The notes below the pieces were generated by a model. That model saw only the letters and a list, made by a program, of their open reading frames with translations. It did no database searches and was not told the origin of the DNA. From a virus (taxonomy: Duplodnaviria; Caudoviricetes): DNA of 64,000 nt. This document shows, in pieces, positions 57,523 to 64,000 of the stretch. Positions within the stretch are counted from its first letter, which is position 1, and each line of letters begins with the position of its first letter. A program made the position numbers and the translations under genes. The stretch covers positions 1 to 64,000 of the IMG/VR virus record IMGVR_UViG_3300044305_003112; one strand, 5' to 3'.

Positions 57523-57882
57523 ATGTCAACATTATTACAAAAATTACAAACAGATGGATCTGGATTGTCATTTAATGGAAATGAACCAGACATTCCAAAT
57601 TTTGAAGGATCAAAATTACATGATACATATTCTATTACAGGTGAACCTGAAGTATTAGGAATGCCTGAACCATCATTTTTAGATATGGATAATACTAGTG
57701 TAAGTCCTAATGGAGCAATGGGTTTTTTACCTTTAACTTTATCGTTAATGCAAGGCCCTAACACAGCACCCTCAAATGTAGAAGGTATAACAGGTTTATC
57801 TTACACACCAGGCACATTTATATCGGGTCTTTCATTTGATAATACTGAAGAATTAGGTACTTTTGATTTAGGAGAACAATAA
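57523..57882 (+). CDS. Small acidic hypothetical tail/baseplate-region protein
   Basis: 119 aa; late promoter upstream. Confidence 0.5.
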   Translation: MSTLLQKLQTDGSGLSFNGNEPDIPNFEGSKLHDTYSITGEPEVLGMPEPSFLDMDNTSVSPNGAMGFLPLTLSLMQGPNTAPSNVEGITGLSYTPGTFISGLSFDNTEELGTFDLGEQ

Positions 57883-57894
57883 AATTAATATATT

Positions 57895-58362
57895 ATGCCA
57901 GACCCACAATTTGGAACATTATATCAAATACTAGAAGGTGATGGTTCTCAATATAGTACTTTATTAGAACCTGTAGGAATAGCTTTACCTATTCTAGAAA
58001 TGCTTTATGTAAATCAAGGTGGATTACCAGCAATGCCAACAGATCTTAATTTAGATTCGATTGAGATAAGTAATCATGGTAATTGGAATGGACAAATAAA
58101 ATTTACGGGAACACCCTTACCATATACAGAACATGTAGAAGTAGAAGCAGCTAGTCCTGTTTCTAGATTAGAAGATATGATGTTAAATGATTCAACAACA
58201 TCAAATCTTGGTATGATTTCACCTACGGAAGGTAGTTATATTGGGGGAGTAACGTTTGCAACACCTATATCAGGACAATATGAAGGAGGAGCATCTAGAT
58301 TAGATGATTTAACACCTCCAATGCCTTGGACTGATTGGATAGCTAATAATCAACCTTTATAA
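57895..58362 (+). CDS. Small acidic hypothetical tail/baseplate-region protein
   Basis: 155 aa; N-terminus resembles that of the upstream gene. Confidence 0.5.
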   Translation: MPDPQFGTLYQILEGDGSQYSTLLEPVGIALPILEMLYVNQGGLPAMPTDLNLDSIEISNHGNWNGQIKFTGTPLPYTEHVEVEAASPVSRLEDMMLNDSTTSNLGMISPTEGSYIGGVTFATPISGQYEGGASRLDDLTPPMPWTDWIANNQPL

Positions 58363-58373
58363 AATTTTAGCGT

Positions 58374-60296
58374 ATGCCTTTAATAGATTTTCAAACAAAT
58401 TTAAAAGGATTAGGATTTGGAAGAGATATGCCTTATGGAGGTAGTAGTAAAGAACCTTTTATAAGAAAAGAAATCCCAAATCAAAGACCAGTAAAGTCAG
58501 GTCCTGATTTTATATTAAGAAATGGTTTTTTAGCACCTGTATCAGCTTTTACTGACGTAAAAAGATTAGCTAAATTTTTTGGAACAATGAGAGGAATACT
58601 TTTTGCTGTCAAGCAAAATGTATTATCTAGAACATCAGTACAAACACAAACATCTTGGGGTGCTGGAACTGTAGGAGGTCTTATAAATCAAGGAGTTTAT
58701 ACACCTCTAAGTACTTTAATGCAAGCAGGAACAGGATGGGCAGGCATACATTTAAATGAAAAAGGATTAGACCCTACAGGATTAATAAAAAAAATAGCAT
58801 TAAAAGAATATTCACAAGTTATTAATCCTATAAATGAACAAAAAGCATGGAATAGATTAACTAGATTACAATTAAATTCATATAATGGTAGAGGATTAGG
58901 AGTAACAAATAAAGAATATTGGAACGGTAGAAAAGGCTTCCCAGTATCTGATGGTGCTTCTGAAGGAATATATAGAATTAAATATGGTGTTGATTTAGCT
59001 AGTCAATTATTATTTAAATATTCAGGAGGTCCTGGTGCTATTTTAGGAATTGGAAATACTAAAATTTTTAGATACAATGATTATTTTAATGCCATTAGGT
59101 CTACAATGGGTCATGGGGTTATACCTAAAAACTTAATGGATCAATATGTTTTGAATTGGCATGCTACTTATTTTTGGAAAAGAGGAATAAGTGGTCATGA
59201 TTTTCCTACAGATTTTAGAAAAAATATATTAAAACAACGTAATTTAGATAAATATGAACATGGAGATGCAACAGATGATGTAGTTGTTACTAACGATCAA
59301 GTAATATCAAAATCCCCAGGTTATAGAACTAAAAACAGACATGTTCGTACAAATTTAGGGGATCCAGGAAGTAAAAATAATATAACTTATGGATTAACAA
59401 AGAATGTATATGATTATGGTTATACAGCTTCTTTGATGAACGCCTTAGATAAAATAACAGCACAACCCATGTATACAGGTTCTGCTGTTGATAATACAAA
59501 AGCAGTTAATGATTTAGTACAATTTAGAATAGCTGCTATATTTAATGATGAAACAGATACAACGGGGAAAAATGCGGTTTATATGCATTTTAGAGCGTAT
59601 TTAGATGATTTTTCAGATAATTACACAGCTACGTGGAATCCTATAACTTATGTTGGTAGAGCAGAGCAATTGTATAATTATAGTGCATTTGAAAGAACAA
59701 TGGATATCGGATTTACAGTGCATGCAACTTCAAAAGCAGAATTAGTTCCAATGTATAGAAAATTAAATTATTTAGCTTCAACTTTAGCACCAGATTATGG
59801 AGATAATGGATTTATGAAAGGTAATATGCATAGAATAACAGTTGGAGGTTATTTATATGAAGTTCCTGGTATTATACAAAATTTATCATATAACATTAGT
59901 ATGGAGAGTGGGTGGGAAATAGCTATAGATGCTGATGGAAATAAAGACTCATCTGTAGCAGAACTTCCTCATGGTATAGTAGTAAAAATGCAATTTACCC
60001 CAGTTCATGAATTCTTAGTAGAAAGAAATAAAAACTTCCAAAAACCATCAGCAAGATTTATTAGCTTACAAAGTGGAGATGGTGGATTAAAAGATTCATT
60101 ATATGCTAAATTTGGAAGTTATAAACAATATGCAGCTCAACAAGAGTTTGCTGAAGATGATTTAAATGAAGAAGAAATAGTAGATAATAACCCAGTAGAA
60201 CCTGTAACACCAGAAGAAGAAGAGTGGGATGACTTTAATGATTGGGATGATGGAGAATTTGAAGAAGAATGGGAGGACATACCACCAATTGATTAA
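58374..60296 (+). CDS. Baseplate/tail-tube initiator-like protein
   Basis: C-terminal FRAYLDDFSDNYTATW...YVGRAE..YNYSAFER...KLNYLAS resembles tube-initiator folds; sits before the LysM-like gene. Confidence 0.6.
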   Translation: MPLIDFQTNLKGLGFGRDMPYGGSSKEPFIRKEIPNQRPVKSGPDFILRNGFLAPVSAFTDVKRLAKFFGTMRGILFAVKQNVLSRTSVQTQTSWGAGTVGGLINQGVYTPLSTLMQAGTGWAGIHLNEKGLDPTGLIKKIALKEYSQVINPINEQKAWNRLTRLQLNSYNGRGLGVTNKEYWNGRKGFPVSDGASEGIYRIKYGVDLASQLLFKYSGGPGAILGIGNTKIFRYNDYFNAIRSTMGHGVIPKNLMDQYVLNWHATYFWKRGISGHDFPTDFRKNILKQRNLDKYEHGDATDDVVVTNDQVISKSPGYRTKNRHVRTNLGDPGSKNNITYGLTKNVYDYGYTASLMNALDKITAQPMYTGSAVDNTKAVNDLVQFRIAAIFNDETDTTGKNAVYMHFRAYLDDFSDNYTATWNPITYVGRAEQLYNYSAFERTMDIGFTVHATSKAELVPMYRKLNYLASTLAPDYGDNGFMKGNMHRITVGGYLYEVPGIIQNLSYNISMESGWEIAIDADGNKDSSVAELPHGIVVKMQFTPVHEFLVERNKNFQKPSARFISLQSGDGGLKDSLYAKFGSYKQYAAQQEFAEDDLNEEEIVDNNPVEPVTPEEEEWDDFNDWDDGEFEEEWEDIPPID

Positions 60297-60307
60297 AATA
60301 AAATAAT

Positions 60308-60643
60308 ATGCCAACAAATAGTAGATATTCAGATTTAACTCCTTTAACAACTCTAACAGATCAGTTTAGAAATAAAGGAACTAATTATCTTCCTGTAGTT
60401 AAATATCCTGAAATTCAAAAAAAAGATACTGATGTGTATATAATAACAGAATGGGGAGATCGACTTGATAATTTAGCTCATCAATTTTATAATGACATTA
60501 AATTGTATTGGATAATTGTAGCAGCTAATCCAAATAAATTAAATTTTGGTTCATATTTTCCACCTGTAGGGGCTCAACTTAGATTACCCCAAGACATTAC
60601 AGATATAAAAGATTCATACAATGAATTAAATCAAATAATATAA
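60308..60643 (+). CDS. LysM-like baseplate protein (gp53/tail X-like)
   Basis: GDRLDNLAHQFYNDIKLYWIIVAAN...GAQLRLP. Confidence 0.8.
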   Translation: MPTNSRYSDLTPLTTLTDQFRNKGTNYLPVVKYPEIQKKDTDVYIITEWGDRLDNLAHQFYNDIKLYWIIVAANPNKLNFGSYFPPVGAQLRLPQDITDIKDSYNELNQII

Positions 60644-60652
60644 AATAAAGTT

Positions 60653-63600
60653 ATGAGTAATATAATAGGAGAAGCTTTTAGTGAGTATGTAACAAAACAG
60701 ATTCAAGCAAGACAAAAATCTTTATCTAAAATACAACCTACACAAGCTGATTTAAAATATAGAACAACTAAAGCTCCATGGATTCGATTAGCTAGTGCTG
60801 TGGATTTAGTAGGAACAAGAAAAGGAACAGCGTATAATAAGTTAAGAGCAATACTACCTGAAGAAACATTAAAATCTGATTTTGCAGGTTCTAGTTTAGC
60901 AAGAAATTTTGTTCTTCAAGGAACTCCTTTACAATATTTTAAAAAAGGTGATCCTGTTCCTGGAAGTCCTTCAGAAACATTTGAAAAAAATACTTGGCAA
61001 AAACCTGCTGGTGGGCTAGTTCAGGGAAATAATATATTTAATGGAACTTATGGTTGGGGAGGAATAAAAGAAAGAGGTTATGTACCTCCACCAGGCATTA
61101 CTAATGCTTCTATAGATTATTTTAGTGATGGTGCTTTAACAAAAACAACAGTAAATATAAAATGTTATTCAACTTTACAATTTTCAATAATTGATATATT
61201 ATTTTTAAGACCTGGTTATACATCTTTGTTAGAATGGGGATGGTCATCTTATTTAAATAATGATGGGGGATTTGAAACAAAAGATATGATTAACACTAAA
61301 GCTTTTAATTATTTATTTAACCCCAAAACAACATCAGGACAATATGGTCAATATGCTATAGGAGCTAAAATTGAAGCAAGTAGAAAATTAATGTATGGTA
61401 ATTATGATGCTGTATATGGAAAAGTATCTAAATTTAGTTGGACATTTAACCCTGATGGAAGTTATGATATTATAATGGAAATGATTGGAATGGGTAGTGT
61501 AATTCAAGGTTTAAAGATGAATGTAGCTGCTCCAACTGAAGAAAATGAACAAGAAGAGGATAAAGAAAATCCTGCAACACCCTTAATGACCTCTAAAAAT
61601 TTAACATTTCTTAATAAATATATTTATGATTTAGCAGCATCATTACATAAACATGCTATTAAAGAAGCTAAAGATGGAAAAGATTCGGAGGGTTATGCAT
61701 GGTCATCATCTTGGGATTTATATCTTAATGATTGTTACTATGATGGAAATCCTAAAGGTACAAAACTTAGGGTACCTAATGGGGCAGGAATAGTATCATG
61801 CACTCATCCTAATAATGGAGTTAATAATGTAACAGAAGCAGGAAAGATATCAGGATTTCAATATTTTATGAAATTAGGAGCTTTATTAGCTTTTATAGAA
61901 GGTAAATGTGGTGCGTTTACTACTACATCAAAAGGAAAAGTACCTTTAATAGCATTTGACTTTAAATATGAGGGAATGCATTGTGCCTCAAAAGATGATG
62001 AAGAAGATGGAATACCTAAAAAAGTAGGAGGAAATACCAAAGAAGGTAGTAGAAAAGGAAGAGGTAAAAATAAATTAATGAGAAGAGATAGAAATTATAT
62101 GCTTTATATTCCTAATAATTTATCAGCAGATCCTAATGTTTGTATGGTAGATTGGAAAGCTATGAATATAGGAGGAATGGGTAAAGTTAAGTATCCATTT
62201 TCAGATGGTTATACTATTCAAAAAACATTCCTTAGTAAAACAAATTTTCTTATTAGCTCAGAACCATATTTAGGAAGAATGGCAAATGTAATGGTTAATT
62301 TAAATTATATATCTGAAAAATTAACTAATATGGATAGAAATGATGATGGTTCTATATCTATATTTGATTTTATTCAAGAAATATTAGATGGAATTTCAGA
62401 AGCAATGGGGAGTATAAATAGTTTTACAATGATGTATGATGAAGGTACAGGTAAAATTAAAATATATGATGATATACCCCCTACATATAAAACTAATATT
62501 GGAAAATTAGGAGATGAAATTTGCAAAATAAATACTTTTGGGTTAAAACCTGGAGTAGAAGGAAGTTTTGTTAAAGCAGTAAATTTAAATGCTGAATTAA
62601 GTGATGAATTTGCATCTATGATAGCTATTGGTGCCCAAGCTTCTGGTAATCAACTAAATGGTAATGCTACTTCTTTTTCAATGTATAATAAAGGATTAGA
62701 AGATAGAATGCTTCCCGATAAACTAGATTACCACACAGCAAATAAAGATGCAGATGATCCTGAAAAATCCCATGAAGAATTATTAGTTGAAAATTGGGAT
62801 AATAATATAAATTTAGGTGCTGTCAATAATCAGATTAAAAATGGGACAAAAGCATTATTATCAAGAGTTTATGGTAGAGGTGGAGATGGTTATCAGTGGA
62901 CTGATGATTATATAAAAGATTTTGTAAATCATATGACAACTCATGTTCAATTATTGCAAGGAATAATGACAGAAAATAAAAAGAAACTAGCAGCTCCTTT
63001 CTTTATACCTTTTAACTTACAATTAGATTTAGATGGAATATCTGGAATAAGAATGTATGAAAAATTTAAGATGAATGATAATATACTCCCTCCTTCATAC
63101 ACAAAAGGTGGAGTTGATATTATTGTAAAAGCAATAAATCATGCAATTGACCCTACAGGATGGACAACTAAATTAGAAACAATTTCTGTACCATCTCATG
63201 ATGTTGAAGATGTAAAAAAACAAGAAGAAGAAGATAAAAAAGAAACTGAAAAAGAAAGAGAAAAAGTAGAAGAATTATATGAAGAAGAAGAATTAGAAAC
63301 TTCAGAAGTCCCAACAGAAGGATCTGTTGAAGATGCTAAATTAAGAATGAGAGTAACACGGGTTATGGATGATGGAAGGCAAACATTGGGAGTAATGGAA
63401 CTTATTGCTGAAGATGAAAAAACAACAGTCTTTCGTTTAGCTACTAATGAATTGCCTTGGTTAAATAATAAAAATGATGTAAGTTGTGTTCCACCTGGAA
63501 GATATTGGGTTAGAACTAGATATCATAGTAGTAATAAAAAACACGGTAAATGTTTTATTTTAATGGGAAGAGAATCAGATAATTGGGGTAAAAAAGATTC

Positions 63601-64000
63601 TACATGGAAAAATACTGGGGGTCTGTCTTCACCAGCAGCCGGAGATATACGATATGGTGGTTATAAAAGAAAATATATATTAATCCATAGATGTTTTTAT
63701 GCTGTAGATTGGTTAAAAGGATGTATAGGTATGGGATTTGCTTTTAACACTCATCAACTAACAAGGGATAACCCAAAAGGAACAGCAACCCCAGAAGCAA
63801 TTAACAATAGAGGACCAGATCAAGGTAAAATGCCTTCTAAATATTTAGAAAAAGGATATACAAAATCAGCAATGAAAGAGTCTCTTCAAGCTATGAGTAT
63901 GATAAGAAGATTTTTTAATTGGGATGAAATACATGAAAAAAATAGTATTGGTTTCTTTTTAGATATAAGATTAGAAACATCTCCAGGAGTTTATTCAGAT
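60653..64000 (+). CDS. Baseplate hub-like protein with DUF5675-like domain, 3'-truncated (absent from the ORF track)
   Basis: ATG at 60653 (MSNIIGEAFSEYVTKQIQARQ...). Reads open in the stretches I translated, the track lists no closed ORF in this frame, and it is open at the window end. Around 63340-63750: ELPWLNNKNDVSCVPPGRY...ILIH...WLKGCIG. Confidence 0.75.
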   Translation, partial: MSNIIGEAFSEYVTKQIQARQKSLSKIQPTQADLKYRTTKAPWIRLASAVDLVGTRKGTAYNKLRAILPEETLKSDFAGSSLARNFVLQGTPLQYFKKGDPVPGSPSETFEKNTWQKPAGGLVQGNNIFNGTYGWGGIKERGYVPPPGITNASIDYFSDGALTKTTVNIKCYSTLQFSIIDILFLRPGYTSLLEWGWSSYLNNDGGFETKDMINTKAFNYLFNPKTTSGQYGQYAIGAKIEASRKLMYGNYDAVYGKVSKFSWTFNPDGSYDIIMEMIGMGSVIQGLKMNVAAPTEENEQEEDKENPATPLMTSKNLTFLNKYIYDLAASLHKHAIKEAKDGKDSEGYAWSSSWDLYLNDCYYDGNPKGTKLRVPNGAGIVSCTHPNNGVNNVTEAGKISGFQYFMKLGALLAFIEGKCGAFTTTSKGKVPLIAFDFKYEGMHCASKDDEEDGIPKKVGGNTKEGSRKGRGKNKLMRRDRNYMLYIPNNLSADPNVCMVDWKAMNIGGMGKVKYPFSDGYTIQKTFLSKTNFLISSEPYLGRMANVMVNLNYISEKLTNMDRNDDGSISIFDFIQEILDGISEAMGSINSFTMMYDEGTGKIKIYDDIPPTYKTNIGKLGDEICKINTFGLKPGVEGSFVKAVNLNAELSDEFASMIAIGAQASGNQLNGNATSFSMYNKGLEDRMLPDKLDYHTANKDADDPEKSHEELLVENWDNNINLGAVNNQIKNGTKALLSRVYGRGGDGYQWTDDYIKDFVNHMTTHVQLLQGIMTENKKKLAAPFFIPFNLQLDLDGISGIRMYEKFKMNDNILPPSYTKGGVDIIVKAINHAIDPTGWTTKLETISVPSHDVEDVKKQEEEDKKETEKEREKVEELYEEEELETSEVPTEGSVEDAKLRMRVTRVMDDGRQTLGVMELIAEDEKTTVFRLATNELPWLNNKNDVSCVPPGRYWVRTRYHSSNKKHGKCFILMGRESDNWGKKDSTWKNTGGLSSPAAGDIRYGGYKRKYILIHRCFYAVDWLKGCIGMGFAFNTHQLTRDNPKGTATPEAINNRGPDQGKMPSKYLEKGYTKSAMKESLQAMSMIRRFFNWDEIHEKNSIGFFLDIRLETSPGVYSD

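Noticed and set aside
7951-62040. All other short minus-strand ORFs and short alternate-frame plus-strand ORFs (e.g. 7951, 12578, 17585, 21189, 38707, 47109, 57001, 60162, 61858)
   Set aside because: They overlap well-supported + strand genes largely or entirely and have low-complexity hydrophobic composition typical of shadow frames.
1-64000. Stop-codon reassignment, tRNA genes, introns/inteins, diversity-generating retroelement
   Set aside because: Genes read full length in the standard code with TAA, TGA and TAG stops. No cloverleaf, intein motif, interrupted core gene, reverse transcriptase or template/variable repeat pair was seen by eye.

Overview
AT-rich window from the genome of a large T4-like (myovirus) bacteriophage, probably infecting Bacteroidota. 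Host evidence is A-rich, Shine-Dalgarno-free start contexts and a signal peptide ending in S|Q. All credible genes are on the + strand in the standard code. Order: 5'-truncated giant structural protein and baseplate-type genes; GIY-YIG nuclease, primase and PD-(D/E)XK exonuclease; a ~9 kb block of late-expressed proteins studded with prohead-protease-type (I/L/V)-X-E sites, including a four-domain enzyme fusion; FAD oxidoreductase, SET and kinase genes; a membrane-protein pair; terminase, portal, protease, scaffold and major capsid; an amidinotransferase / PSD-like decarboxylase / PhoH cassette; a fibre cluster; neck genes; two tail sheath paralogues; tail tube; a gp26-like gene with a likely -1 frameshift extension; tape measure; baseplate genes; and an unlisted 3'-open hub ORF (60653 to window end) with a DUF5675-like domain. 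A late-promoter-like motif ATA(T/C)(T/G)TATAA precedes 16 genes, with two further variants. Main candidates for novel biology are a protease-processed capsid cargo system of enzyme modules, a minor protein carrying a copy of the mature capsid N-terminus, the amidinotransferase/decarboxylase cassette, and the frameshift. All family assignments are from motif recognition by eye; no database searches were run.
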